A stretch of 64,000 bases of DNA from Eutreptiella sp. 'Long Island Sound 2002' (Eukaryota > Protista > Euglenida), in assembly GCA_964036045.1 (NCBI GenBank), contig OZ038378.1, forward strand, positions 3,782,001-3,846,000, read 5' to 3'. Shown piece after piece: positions 36,825-49,470 of the stretch. The position numbers and the translations under genes were made by a program. The notes beneath the pieces were generated by a model. The model searched no databases. It was not told where the DNA came from and was given only the letters and a program-made list of their open reading frames with translations. Position 1 is the stretch's first letter; each line of letters starts with the position of its first letter.

Positions 36825-36861
36825 GCAGAGACACCCGCAACGTAGTTGCGGGTGTCTCTGC
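36825..36861. other. Perfect 17-bp hairpin with 3-nt loop
   Basis: GCAGAGACACCCGCAAC-GTA-GTTGCGGGTGTCTCTGC. Confidence 0.9.
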
Positions 36862-38077
36862 CATGGCCCACTGCATACCTGCAGAAAGCCAGAAAGCACG
36901 GGACGTAAGGGAGACTGTGTTCTGGAGATTTGCTCTTGGTCCGTCTTAATGGTATACTGGACATAACTCTTCCAATGCGCCATCGTTTCCCCACTTACCG
37001 GCATCAGTGAGTACTTCGTGAAGCATGTGTATCGCATTTTCGCTTGTATCCGCTTGTCAGGCATGGGTGCAGTTTTGGGCAACTCATCTGTTTATCAGAA
37101 TTCGGTACTGTTTGTCTCCAAAATTAGAAATGCTGGCTATTTACGAAGGTGTGAAACATCATAAATCTGGGTTTGAAAGGATGGATTCATTTGTCCACAG
37201 GTTGACGAAATATCTTCGGGTGAAGGTGGAGAGGCCATTGGTATGCAGGGCTAGTCCAGATCCACCAGCTGTTGTGTATTGGAGAGTGGGGCTAGCTCCT
37301 CAACACATCGGTGGTCAGCCAGGGGTCAATAAGGGGGCCAGCAGCAGAACAGAATGCGGATTTTTCGGGGCCCCTTGGTCCATCACTTTGAGGCTACTCC
37401 ACAAGCCAATGTGGGCACGTGCCTAGGGGCAAGACATGAAAATTCCACAGCCACTATACGACTCTCTCGGCGAGGATGGCAACATTCCCTGGGGTGGACA
37501 AGCTCTCCTGCAGGGCCTCCAATACAGGTTCCGAGGGCGGATGCTACGAACCAGCGGAAACAAACGACCACTGAAGGATGCCTGCATGATTTTGTGATTT
37601 TTTTTTAATGATGCATCGCATGCTTGTGTCGACCAGATTCGTTTCTGATTGGAGAGCGGCTGAAGTTTTGGTTGTGTCGGATAGTATTGTTTGTACAACA
37701 CAGGGGTACAGACATTTTATGGATATGGTTGTGCGTCACCGGGATTCAGTGTGCATTTGCTTTCGGTGCGTTTTTTTCTGTCTTCTTCACAAAGGTGGTA
37801 ATTCCTGAGGGATGCACCATTGGATGACCAGGTGGTATGCATGCAGTGCACATCCGGTGTCAAGTTTTGCCCAAGACCACGTGGTGCGGAAGTAGGGGCT
37901 GTGGCTTGGTGGTCCTGCACCAAAGCGGGGATGGTGGATTTATTCAAGTGACGTAGGGGGGCCAGAGTAGTTTGCTTCCAAGGGCCAGGCGCCGTATTGA
38001 TGGATGGGCCACATGCAGTAGAGGTTATAGTTTGGGAATGTAGGCAGGTGGAGGGATATCTTTGTTGATTCCGTCCA

Positions 38078-38097
38078 ATTTTTTCTCTTTCCTCAAG
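38078..38097 (+). promoter_or_regulatory. Putative trans-splice acceptor upstream of eEF3
   Basis: ttttttctctttcctcaAG ends 3 nt before ATG 38101. Confidence 0.6.
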
Positions 38098-38100
38098 GGA

Positions 38101-41100
38101 ATGGCATATGTCCCTCCTCATCGTGCAAGGCTGGAGGCCTTGGAAGCAAATGGCAACGGGCAGCACATGAATGCACCACGTGCAGCCCCCACACAAAACC
38201 CTGGTGGGTACAGCAGCAATGGTCCGCTTACTGGGTCCCTGGGGAACAATCACGGCCCATCATCAGATGATCAAAAGCCCAAGATTGCGAACAGGGAGGG
38301 TGACTTGGCCGCCCAATTCGCTTTGCGGCAGCAAGCATTTGCCGGGATGAAGATGTATGTTAAAGAAGGCAAAAACCCGAAGAAGAACGACAAGAAGGAT
38401 CGACGCCAAGCACCTCCTGCTCCCCCTGCCCCTGTGCAGCAAATGGTGGAGCCACCTGTGATGAAAGCGCCCGAGCCAGTGGTCCCAGTCGAGGGCCCCA
38501 TGTCTAAACATAACAAGAACCAGAAGAAACATGCCACGGGTGACCTTCGTCCAATCGTCACGTCCAGCCTCAAAGGGCCGCAGGACATTGTGCGGGCCCT
38601 GAAGACCAATCTTGTAGGGCTCGAGGGTATGAAGACCAAGAGCATTGCTATGGACAATCTGAAGGCCATTTGTAGGGCCTTTCCTGACGACAAATACATT
38701 GTACCCTATACTGTGGCTGGACTGCCGGTGGTGTTGAGCGCCCTTGGGGGTAGTAGAGCAACAAGTGAGCACAATATGGATGTCGCGCGTACCATCATCA
38801 AAAACAGTAGCCCCAACAGTGTGAAGGCGATCCTGGACGTGCTGTTCACTGGTCTTCAGGACTACAAGTGGCAGATCAAGATGGGCTGCCTTACGTTGGT
38901 GGGCGTTTTGGCAAGTCACGGGCCTCTGTACATGGGCAGGTGTTTGCCGGAAGTGATTCTGAAACTCAGTGACTGCCTGCAGGATACCAAGGCTGAGGTT
39001 CGAAATGCGGCCATGGACACCTTCAACACGGTGTGCAAGTCTGTGGTCACGAACCCGGACATCCAGCCAATTATGCAAATTCTTATCAAGGCGTATGCCA
39101 ACCCTGTGACCGACACCCAAATTGCGTTGGACAAATTGCTCGAGACTACCTTCGTCAGCACGGTGGATGCTGCTACGTTGGCCCTGCTGTGTCCAGTACT
39201 GCGGAGAGGGATGCTGGAGAGGCAACCTGAGCCCAAGAGGAAGAGCGCCTGCATCATCAACAACATGTGCAAGTTGGTTGTAGACCCTCGTGCAGCAGCC
39301 GAATTCTTTCCGATTCTGGAGCCGGTGTTGACCGCAGGGGCTGAGGAGGTGGTGTTTGAAGTTGTGAAGAAGAATTGCGAACAAGCCATTCGTACGCTGA
39401 CCCAAGTCACCGGAGATGCCCACACCAATTTGGCGCTAGAAGTGAGCAAAGAGGAGCTGTTGCAGGTGTTGATGCAGTCCATTAACGACACGGTCACCGA
39501 AGAGACCCGAGGCACGTACGCCGACGTGTTTGAATTCGTCACTGGGCTCTGCTCGCAACTGCTGATGTACGGCACTACAGATTTGCACGAATGGAAGACG
39601 TGCATAGTGCCTTATCTGAGCGTATGCATGCCCAAGGCCGAAGCCATGGAGGTGTGCAATCGTTATAAAGAGCATTGTTCCCAGTGGCTTGTCAAAATGG
39701 ATCGCCAGACTCATGCCGCTGAAGAAGACATTTGCAACATCGATTTCAGTCTGGCGTATGGAGGCAAAATCCTACTGCACAATGCACGTCTGTGGCTGAC
39801 CAGGGGTCACCGCTACGGGCTGGTCGGGCAGAACGGTGTCGGCAAGACAACGCTCATGCGATCCATTGCAAATCGCCAAGTTGAAAGCCTTCCAAAATCC
39901 CTCAACACAGTCTTCGTGGAGTCCAACATCGACGCTAACTGCTTCGAGACTCCAGTAATCGACTTCGTGCGCTCCGTGGCTAATGTGCAGAACAACAGCA
40001 GCTGTGCAGTCGTTGACATGCTCAATGCTGTGGGCTTTGAGGAGAGCATGAGATCAAGTCCTATTTCAGAGCTGAGTGGGGGCTGGCGAATGCGACTGGC
40101 TTTGGCCTGTGCTATGCTGCAGAATCCTGACCTTCTTCTTATGGATGAGCCTACCAATCACTTGGATGAGAATGCAGTGCTATGGCTCACGGAATACTTA
40201 CAGAATCTCACGCATGTGACATGCATCATCGTGTCGCACTCGTCTTCATTCGTCAACGATGTGTGTACGGACATCATCCATTTCGTGGACCTGCAGCTGC
40301 AGCGCTTCACAGGAAATTTGACTGCATTCGTTGAGAAGTATCCGGACACCAAATTCCATTTCAATTTGTTGGCTTCGCAGCTGCTCTACAAATTCCCCGC
40401 TCCAGGCAAATTGGAAGGTGTGAAGAGCAGATCAAAGAAGATTCTCAAGCTGGAAAATTGTACCTTCACCTATCCGGGAGCAGCCAAACCTGCGCTGAGC
40501 AATGTTACGGTGGGAATCACCTTGGGCAGCCGTGTTGCAGTGACAGGTCCCAATGGTGCCGGAAAATCTACGTTGATCAAGCTGATGGTTGGGGAGGAGG
40601 AAGCGGACAAGGGAGAGTACTACAAACATCACAACCTGCGAATTGCGTACGTTGCCCAGCATTCATTCCATCATCTTGAAGAGCATTTAGAGTCATCCCC
40701 GGTGAGCTATTTTCAGTGGCGCTTTGCCAACGGACAGGACAAGGAAATCTTCATGAAGAAGTCCATGCAGTTGACCGAGGCCGAGCAAGAAAACGTCGGC
40801 AAGGAGTTAGGGCAGGTGGAAAAGATTGTGGGCCGGCGCACACGACACAAGGAGTTAGAGTACGAAGTACAGTGGGTCGGCAGGCCTGAGAAGGACAACA
40901 GGTATCTAACGCGGGCTCAGCTAGAGAAGATGGGGCTTCAGAAGTTGGTTGCGCAGGCGGATGAGAAGATTGCCCTGGAGGCGACAGGAAACGACCTACG
41001 GGCCCTTACGACTGAGGAAGTCCAGATGCATCTGAATGATTTTGGTCTGCCCCAGGAGTTTGGGACGTATGGGAAGATTTCTGGGCTTTCCGGGGGCCAA

Positions 41101-41496
41101 AAGGTGAAGCTGGTGCTCGCATCTGCTGTATGGAATTGCCCTCATATTCTGATCCTGGACGAACCCACAAATTTCTTGGACAAAGAGTCGCTAGGGGCTT
41201 TTGCCTCGGCACTGCAAGGCTTTGGAGGAGGCGTAATCATGATCAGTCATGACAAAGAGTTTTACTCTTTGGTCTGTCCTGAGGTGTGGCAAGTCATGAA
41301 AGGACGTGTGTTCGTCGAAGGGGAGAGCGGCAACGAGGACTGCCCTTTGGCCATGGCAAAGAAGAAGGAGGAGGTGGTGCTGGATCTGAAAGATGTGGCA
41401 GGGGCAAACGTCAACGCGGCGAAAGCCAACGCAGTTCCCACCGATTTTTGGGGACGGCCTTTATCCAAAAAAGAACTGCGTAAAAGGAAAGGGTAA
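38101..41496 (+). CDS. eEF3: Elongation factor 3 (eEF3/New1-type ABC-F ATPase), intronless, 1131 aa
   Basis: N-terminal HEAT repeats (KWQIKMGCL, DTKAEVRNAA); ABC1 GQNGVGKT / LSGGWRMR / LMDEPTNHLD; ABC2 GPNGAGKST / LSGGQKVK / ILDEPTNFLD, with a chromodomain insert (VEKIVGRR...YEVQW). Confidence 0.92.
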   Translation: MAYVPPHRARLEALEANGNGQHMNAPRAAPTQNPGGYSSNGPLTGSLGNNHGPSSDDQKPKIANREGDLAAQFALRQQAFAGMKMYVKEGKNPKKNDKKDRRQAPPAPPAPVQQMVEPPVMKAPEPVVPVEGPMSKHNKNQKKHATGDLRPIVTSSLKGPQDIVRALKTNLVGLEGMKTKSIAMDNLKAICRAFPDDKYIVPYTVAGLPVVLSALGGSRATSEHNMDVARTIIKNSSPNSVKAILDVLFTGLQDYKWQIKMGCLTLVGVLASHGPLYMGRCLPEVILKLSDCLQDTKAEVRNAAMDTFNTVCKSVVTNPDIQPIMQILIKAYANPVTDTQIALDKLLETTFVSTVDAATLALLCPVLRRGMLERQPEPKRKSACIINNMCKLVVDPRAAAEFFPILEPVLTAGAEEVVFEVVKKNCEQAIRTLTQVTGDAHTNLALEVSKEELLQVLMQSINDTVTEETRGTYADVFEFVTGLCSQLLMYGTTDLHEWKTCIVPYLSVCMPKAEAMEVCNRYKEHCSQWLVKMDRQTHAAEEDICNIDFSLAYGGKILLHNARLWLTRGHRYGLVGQNGVGKTTLMRSIANRQVESLPKSLNTVFVESNIDANCFETPVIDFVRSVANVQNNSSCAVVDMLNAVGFEESMRSSPISELSGGWRMRLALACAMLQNPDLLLMDEPTNHLDENAVLWLTEYLQNLTHVTCIIVSHSSSFVNDVCTDIIHFVDLQLQRFTGNLTAFVEKYPDTKFHFNLLASQLLYKFPAPGKLEGVKSRSKKILKLENCTFTYPGAAKPALSNVTVGITLGSRVAVTGPNGAGKSTLIKLMVGEEEADKGEYYKHHNLRIAYVAQHSFHHLEEHLESSPVSYFQWRFANGQDKEIFMKKSMQLTEAEQENVGKELGQVEKIVGRRTRHKELEYEVQWVGRPEKDNRYLTRAQLEKMGLQKLVAQADEKIALEATGNDLRALTTEEVQMHLNDFGLPQEFGTYGKISGLSGGQKVKLVLASAVWNCPHILILDEPTNFLDKESLGAFASALQGFGGGVIMISHDKEFYSLVCPEVWQVMKGRVFVEGESGNEDCPLAMAKKKEEVVLDLKDVAGANVNAAKANAVPTDFWGRPLSKKELRKRKG

Positions 41497-42718
41497 GGTA
41501 TCCCTAGGGATTCATCTCTGAGGCCAAGGGTTGCCTCCTTCGCATATGTTTGGAGCAACGCCAGCAGTATTATCTTAGTTTTCTCCTTGCATGGTACACC
41601 GCACTTGCACGTGGAGCTACCCATAGTTGCACGTGTACAGGTGTTTTTTAACCAGCATCGTTGATGCCACCCGTACCTTGACACCCAAGTGGAGTTTAGG
41701 TACCTTGACACCCAAGTGGAGTTTAGGCGGGGCTGGGGTGCAGCTCCAGGCGGTGCCCCAGGCATGGGTCCCTGGCACTGGCCTCGGCCTCGCCCGTCTT
41801 TCTCTGTGTCTCCCGTCATCCATTCAATTTAGTGGCACTGCTCTCGTTTTTCGCAGTTCTTCGTCTCTTTTTCGACGCTTCTTCCAAGTGTATTCTATTT
41901 CTGCCCCAGCTCCCCCCCCCCCCCCCACAAGTGCCTGGTTTGTTTGCTTCCCTCTTTTTGACAGTGTGCGGTCTGCATGCTGCGTTGCCCTCTCTTGACC
42001 ATACTGTGTGATAAATTCAGTGCTGGGATTCAGTTCATGCGCACCGCCACAACGGCAGATACCAGATACCGTTGTTGACAATTGCTGGTGCCGTTGCCAG
42101 AACAAACTGGTGGTCATTATTTTGCTCACGTCACGAATCTCATGCGTGCCATCAAATGCAAATTTCTGATAATCTCCAAATGTATGGCATGGCATTGTAT
42201 CACTTCTGTACGATTTACAGTTACGGGACGCCTGATTCGTTCTTTCACGGTTTCATGGATCTATGTTCAATAGCTTTATGACTTTGGCCGTACAAAGGCA
42301 CAAAGGCGGTACAGACTCACACTCTGCGTGTAGTCGCGGCCGGAAACGGCATTCCCTGATGATTGAGATAACCTCTGCTCGGAAATTTAGGGTGTACATT
42401 TTATGTTGTCCTTTACAGACCGACATGGTTGATCATTGTGGCCCATGGCTCTCCATGGTTCCGCTCCCTTTCGGAGATGTATTTGTAGTCAGGCGGATGT
42501 TCCAAAACAAAAGCAGCGATAGGTCGCGAATTCCTCAGTGCACCACATCGCATGCAACAATATCCGGCCGCGCGAAACTTGCCCCCATGCCCGCCCACTC
42601 CCGTTTACGCTGCTCCCAGCAAGGCGTCCCTCTCAACAATGCAGAGTGGCAAAAAGTGCCGTCCATCAGAACGCGGGTTGGCTGCAGAAGGGGGTCGCTG
42701 GACAAGACGAGTGCGTGC

Positions 42719-42749
<31 letters not shown>

Positions 42750-45700
42750 AATCATGAAGGTGACAGGCATAATCTGGTGTGCACGTCCAAGAGCAAATGT
42801 ATCCGTGTTTTGAAGTGAAGTTAACTCGAGGTACGCCACGGCGGCAGCAGCTGGCTGGCGGGGTACGACGGTGGATCTGGGTTCGGCATGGGGTTCGCCT
42901 CGGTATTCCAAATGTCTGAATCCCCTGGACTGAGGTCGCACCCAACATACGACGAGGGCAAGGGGCGCCCAATGACTCATGCGAATCTGCCGCATTATCC
43001 CCCACGACAATGCTCACCGGACCAGCAAGTACCACCTAAGTGTTGACATGTTTCTGGGGCTGAACAGGCAGGGCCACTCCTCGCCCCCCTCTTACACTAT
43101 ATAGGCCTGTGGCTTTTCGATCTTCCATAGAACTGCTGTACTATGCTGTACCATACATAGCACAGCACCCGACCAAGCAGGGGACTCCTTTGAGGCTGTG
43201 ATAAAGTATGATGGGCAAAGGGCTGACAGCGGGGACATCCAGTCGATCAGCACCGACCATTGATCCATGCTGTGGTTGTGTGTGAAACGGTCCAGCATTT
43301 GGTTGGGCAGTTTGAGCGACGCTTCTCCGCTGGGGGGAGGGCAGCCGATGCCGTTCACAAATGTTTGCCCGACGGGCCCACTTTCGACTTTTAGTGCTCA
43401 TGGGATCCCTTTAAAAAGGCCACAAAACCTGTGACATTAGTTTTGCATTCTGCTCACAGAGCCCGCCCTTCCAACACGATTCAATACAGATCCACTGTGT
43501 TTGCTGCAAGCTGGCGACAGGCCAGTATACAGTCTTGTTCCTCCATCGAGGGCAAGGACAGACTCGTCGGATGAAATGAATGCGCGCTTTGTTTTCTGAG
43601 TGCATGTGGGATGTGGGCGAAGCAATATGTGTAGTCAGGAAGCTTGAAGATCGACGAGTATTGTACCAGCAAAGTCCATGATTTATGGTGTGATCGGAGA
43701 CCCGATGGTTTCGAAGTGTTGAGGCGTTGGCCGAAGCCCAAGGATGCAATCAGGACGAAAAATTTTGCGCCCCACTTCTCGCCGGTCCAAACTGGTTAAG
43801 GGACGGCAGACAGACAAGGAATTTCAGCGAATTTGAGCGAATTGGAGCTGCACACAGGGCACTCCAACACCAAAAACAAGTGAGCCTTTGGGAACGTATA
43901 TAAATGGCAGGCCCAGTAAGCCGTATGGCAAAAGCAGCCCCATCCAGTTCTCAGAAATCAAGGACTCTTGGTACGACGTCAGAGGTGTCTGTGTGCTTGG
44001 TTGAGCGAGGCATGGTTCTGCACAGTTCCGGTGTGTCATTGGAAAGCGTGATGAGACCCCCTGTGTCTACCGATCAGGGTACTGCTCAAGCGCGCCTAGG
44101 AGCTGGAGCAGAAGGCAACTCCATGCTAATGACTGGCCTGTCTGGCAATGGGAAGACTTGATAAAGAGGAGAGCCAATCCTGCCCTCTTCTACTGGACTG
44201 CCCGCCCGTTCATTCCCCAGGATATCGGTATGATGGCGGACTCGCAACCAACGAACTGTGGCTCATGCCTTTTTTTGGCCATTTTTAGCCAAAGTCAGCC
44301 CCAAACACCACTCCACAATATGTCGGAACCATGTCCTCAAAAGTAACAAGAAAGGCCCAGAATCTGTGTATTGGTGGAAAACAGCCATTTTTGGACAAGG
44401 CAGCCCCAAACTCAGTGTGACAGAGACAAATGTGTGATAACCGGAAGAAAATGATACTTTAGCACTGTAAGCGTAGTGCGAACTGGCATCCATGCTCAGT
44501 GTGGCTATACGCCGCCCTGTAGAGGCCGCCAAGGGGTGTCAAGTGCCGTGAGACCCAGGCAGCCCAGTCGTCGGGTTCCTCTGAGCTATGGGAGGGGGCA
44601 TAACTGACTTTGGTGGCATTATCATCAGATGACTCCAAGTCACATGCTACATGGTGATCAGGCTATGCAGGGCATGGCTGAGCTGATTGGATTGATGAGG
44701 AGGCCGCAGCTGTTGTCTGGTGCATGGAGCGATGAAACCCGGTGGCTCATGTGTTATATGGGAATTCACAACTGCAAGATGGCAAGCCTGCTGGCAGATC
44801 CACAGCAGTGCTGCTCGCCACAAGTAATAGATGCAACAAAACAACCCCCAAAGTCCAGCCTGGACGATGACAATGGTCACCTTCCCCATGTGACACCCCC
44901 CCCCAGAACACCCCCCTCCATCCCCACCCTTCCGCCATTGCCGCCTTCTGATTCCGACGAGCCTGGCTCAGCAAAGCCCCCTCGCCCCCCAAAAAATGTC
45001 ATCCTCTACAATTTTACATTTTGATACCGCCTTCAGCCTTTGCCAAGACTGTTTCTCCCGCTTCGCTGGTGATCTGCTTGTGCAGTGTTCAGCCTCAACA
45101 GCTCCAAACTCGAAATTGTCAAAGCTGATTTTTTCGATGTTGTGACCACCCACAATGATCGATTGTGTCATGCAAAGCATGCTTCAGACCCCCTTTGTGT
45201 GTTTTTCACGTCGTTTGGTCATTGGGTGCAGGGGTGGGGGGGGTTCTTTCCAAGGGACTGGTGCGCAACCTGTTCATGCAGTTTTCAGCCTCAAGAACTA
45301 TTGGCAACCAAACTTTGCGAAACTGAATTTTTCAATATTCTGACCACCCTCTTGGTGTGTTTTTTACTCCATTAGGCTGTGAGGTGCCGGCGGGTCCTTT
45401 CCAACGGACTGGTGTGTGAGCTTTCTCCCTCAACAGCTCAAGAATCAAAATGTCCAAAACCACATTTTTTGTTGTAACCACCCAGAATGATCAAATATCA
45501 CCTGTAAAGCACAGGATGGTGTGGTATGATTTGTGTGGCCAATGGATTGTGAACGGTGCAATCTAACTGTTTGCTAGTGCAACTCTCGGGACACTAACCA
45601 GCCCCTTTTCGAGGTGCTTTGCTGATGGCAATTAAATTTGTTTGTGTGGTTCACGCAGATGGCATACAAATTATTTGGTGGCCTGGTGCCAGTGTGCACA

Positions 45701-47249
45701 CAACAAGTGGTAAACAAACTGGAAACTGAGTCTTTTGTGTGTTGGGGGGCTCCAACCTGTGGTTTTGCTGTTGCTGTGCTTCGTGTGGCGCTTTACATCA
45801 TACAAAGTAATTGTACTGAGTCTTGCAATGTCACAATGCAATTTTTGTCATGCAGTGCAAATACTGTTCATAGGAAGGCGCCCCCACCCCGTTGCCCTGT
45901 GTTGGAGATTAGCAGGCTGGGTGAGGCAGACAGGACCACTGTGCGATGTTGACTTGTGGATAGTCCTTTTAGATTTGATATAGGGGCCATTGCTCAGACA
46001 TGTCATGGAGTCAGAAGGGGTGACAAGCCTCCATAACCCAATAAAGCATGCTGCTTTGTTACAGTGACAAATGTTTGTTGTGGTTGGCTAGGTAGAGGGG
46101 GTTGGTTTTGGCTTTTGGCAGCATGGCTTGGACGTATGTGAGTGCACAGGTGAATCACCTTCATTGGTAGGAGCAAGGCAAGCGCATTTGGTGGTGTGAC
46201 AAACGTTGGTTGGCCATCTGGTGAAAGTTGGGGGCATTTGGGGGGGGGGGGGGGGGGGCTGCAGTGAAGTTGCAGTTTTTTTTTTCCGGGTTGGCTGGAT
46301 CGACTGCCTGGTAGTTAGGGCCATATTAGGTGAAAAGCTAGACTCTTATCCAAAATTCGGCCAAACTGCAGATGTGATACGGGTGTGTAGTGAACCTGCT
46401 CTCCAAAAATTGAAATTTCGGGGGGGGTTTCCGCCCAAAAGGATTGATGCCCCACCAGCAGCCTTGGGTACCTTACCATAGTGCCAAAAATTTTGTGACA
46501 CTTGCCAATGCTTGCCGTGACAGGTGTCACCCCCCCCCCCCCCTTTGGCACCTTTGTGTGTACTACCTCACGCCAATTCATGTGTATGGACTGTCTCCCC
46601 CCTCCCTTTGGCACCCTGTGTGTACTACCTAGCTCTTTTTGATATCCTTCAATGCAGGTAGGATGCACGAGGAACAAGTTGCACCAATTCTGGGGCCAGT
46701 AAAGGGGGGCGGGGGGGCAAACTGAAATTGCCCAGCGTGTAAGTGGCCAAATTGCTTGGTAGCGCAGCAAGAATATTGCCTGCTATTTTCTGAAAATGCA
46801 TGCCTCCGTTCCATAACCCGCAGCTTGCATTTATGTTGGGGGGAAGGGGTTCTTATGTGTGTATTCGGGAAATGTTTCATAGCTCAGGCAAGGTTAGGCA
46901 AGAGGTAGAAATGCTCCTTGTATTCAGGATTACTAGTGACGATACATTGTATTGAATTCTCTCTATTTTGCAAACCCCAAGACGGTGGGGGTTATGTAGC
47001 CATTAGGTGGCCACTTCTAATTTTGTTCCCACATCGACCACAATACACCATCTTGACCACAATGATGCTTCCAACCGGCATGCCTTGTTTTCAAAATCAA
47101 GACCGCCACCACCACTCACGCATTCACCATTGAACATGCAATTTTGCTTCAAGTTGCCGTCAAGAACGGTGGCACAACACACCAACATTTTGCGCTTGGA
47201 CCCGCACCACTAAGCCCAACCCCCCCCAACCAAACTATCTACCCCCAAG

Positions 47250-47630
47250 AATTCTGGGGTGATGTAGCCCCTTTTGAATTTGTCCCCTTCTATTGGGGAC
47301 CCCCAAGAAGGCAGGAATTATGTAGCCGATCCGCCCATTTTTGGGCCCCCAAGAAGGTAGGGGTGATGTAGCCACTTCTGATTTTGTCCCCTTTTGTAGG
47401 GCCTCCCCGAGAAGGCAGGGGTTATGTAGCCAATCCGCCCATTTTTGGGCCCCCGAGAAGGTAGGGGTGATGTAGCCACTTCTGATTTTGTCCCGTGTTA
47501 TTGGGGACCCCCGGAAGGCAAGGGTCAGGTCCCCAAGTTTGTCCCCATGTGGGGACCCCCAAGAAGGCAGGGGTGATGTATCCATTCCGCCCACATTTGG
47601 GTCCCCGAGACGGTAGGGGTTGAGCATCCA
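47250..47630. repeat. Higher-order minisatellite (alternating 46/58-bp subunits, ~104-bp period)
   Basis: GAAGGYAGG core at 47307, 47353, 47411, 47457, 47514, 47563 and 47609. Confidence 0.85.
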
Positions 47631-47859
47631 ACTACTGAGTGACAAAGGAAGCTGAAGTACGGATGCCGTGCGCTTCTGGGGACAAGTGTTAAGGAAGTAC
47701 CTTCGGGGAACCCAAGGCCACCCTGACCTATGCTTCGGTGGTTACAATACTTACGGGGAACCTAACCGTCCTTTGTCTTCGATTCAACCTTACGGTGCCA
47801 TTGAGGAAACCGGGCCAATTGTGCTTAACCTGTTGTGGTAGCTTTATCATCTAATGTGG

Positions 47860-49267
47860 GTGGTAGGCAACAATGCCTGCCTTTCCAACCGTTTCCCATT
47901 TTTCGTGACCCATTTCACGGACTCCATGCCCATTGCTTCCATCGGTGGGGTGTGGAGTGTTGACCTTTGGAATCCCAAGTACGCATCGCATCGCATGTTT
48001 TCAAGGTCACAGTTGCCGTTGATATGTTGGGCAACATAGTATGGATTTGCCCGTTGGCCCCCGGGACATCCGCTGGTGTTCTCATTTGGGATGGGTATGG
48101 TCCTTCTCATACCCAAGGTGATTTCTTCGATTTTGAAGTTGGGGGCCATGATGGTGCTTATAAAGGCCGGGTTCATGTCATTGTGCCATTGATTGGAAGA
48201 AAGAATGGAGCTTTGACAGCCCGCCAACAATGTTATAATGATGTACATGGGTGGTACCGCGCATGGATTGAGCAATTGTTTGCTCGCTCGTGGCATTGGG
48301 GCTTGGTTAGGAACATTTGGCGTGGCAGCCCCGATGAGTTGCACCAGTCCATCGGTATATTATTGCATTTTACTCAATTTTGCATTCGGAGGCAGGTGCG
48401 CCACCCTCCTTATGGACCATGGGACCATGTTCCGCCTCATGTTTGGATGGACCAGAGCAACTCGGCCGCCATGGAGGATGAGGGAGAGGATGAGGTAGAA
48501 GTGTGTGCGTTGTGTTGTCACAAGCGCTCCACCATCACAGTTTGTGGTGAGTGTATAAGGAGCATTATTGTTGTGAATGTATTGACACCCACACTTGTGG
48601 GAATAATATTATTTGTTAATCACATTCTGAGTGGCATTTTGTGTTGTTGAATTCTCATTTCAGCTGTGCAACTTGCTTGGCAGGGAGGGTTTGCAGCCCG
48701 GGGGGGCGGCCGGGCCCGGTCCTTGTATGCGACACCCCCCAGTCCCCCCCCCGCCCCCTCCCCCCCCTCGAGTTTTGAAAGATAGCGGTGCGGGGGCCGT
48801 GGTGCCAACAGTGCCAAATTTTTTTGTCCCATGCTTAGGTGAAGGGGGTACTGTGCCTTTCATCCTTAAGACCCTTAAGACTTTCTTCCTGGCAAAGACA
48901 AGAAATCGCTATTATTGCATACATACATCTATACCCCCATGCCCCCAGACACCCCCACCCCCTTGAGGTATGCATGTGGTAGTAGTGGGTCGCGCGCAGC
49001 CCCCCCCCCCCGCCGAGCTGCCAATACACCCCCCCCCCCACCCACCCTCCCGCCGACGCCCCCCCCCCCCCCCCGCCCCCTGCAAGATTTGGCAGATAGT
49101 TGGGGGGGGGTGTTGCATCAGGACCAGTTGTAGTCGCCCCCTTGGGGTTTGCAGTCCGGTGCAATCTACTTGGGGGGCTTCCCCAGGTGAGGATAAACTT
49201 GGGGCTAGAGCCAGGATACTTAATACAAAGGTAGCGCGCCAGGCGCACGCCGAGCAAACATTCCCCC
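47860..49267 (+). mobile_element. Harbinger-like transposon relic with a frameshifted DDE_Tnp_4-like transposase; right TIR present
   Basis: FTDSMPI (D1), KYASH|VFKVTVAVD, HDGAYKG (D2), RAWIEQLF (E), C-terminal Cys cluster; right TIR AACATTCCCCC ends at 49267; left end not found. Confidence 0.8.
48697..49146. mobile_element. 450-bp MITE with 8-bp TSD, nested in the Harbinger-like element
   Basis: TSD GTTTGCAG at 48689-96 and 49147-54; TIR CCCnnGGGGGCGRC; absent from the homologous copy at 2310-2340. Confidence 0.8.
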
Positions 49268-49470
49268 TGAGTTGACCAAGCCAAGCTAAGCCGAGCCTCA
49301 ACCATGGTTACACTTGAAGCTAAGTCGCTCATGGAGAGGACCAAAAGAGCAATTAGGCTAGGCTTTCCGCAGACACCACCCGCCGCGTCCCACTCACATA
49401 CATCATTTCTTCCTATCAACTGCACAGCGAGGAAAGTTCCAATGAAATTGAGGAGGTTGGCAGCCAACCT

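Noticed and set aside
37025-37426. KLEMLAIYEGVKHH resembling LTR RNase H
   Set aside because: Isolated similarity; no RT, integrase or LTRs nearby.
38263-39605. Long antisense ORFs (386 aa, 229 aa); likewise 24167-25144 and 32085-32659
   Set aside because: Shadow frames opposite GC3-rich real ORFs.
41491-41500. GTAAGG at the eEF3 stop as a splice donor extending the protein
   Set aside because: The basic C-terminus (LSKKELRKRKG*) already looks complete, local donors are not GTRAG, and no downstream exon was found.
43090-44530. Possible minus-strand RT relic
   Set aside because: Candidate motifs are out of order and weak.
47250-47630. CRISPR-like repeat-spacer appearance
   Set aside because: Spacers are two recurring variants rather than unique sequences, the repeats are degenerate, there are no cas genes, and the context is eukaryotic.
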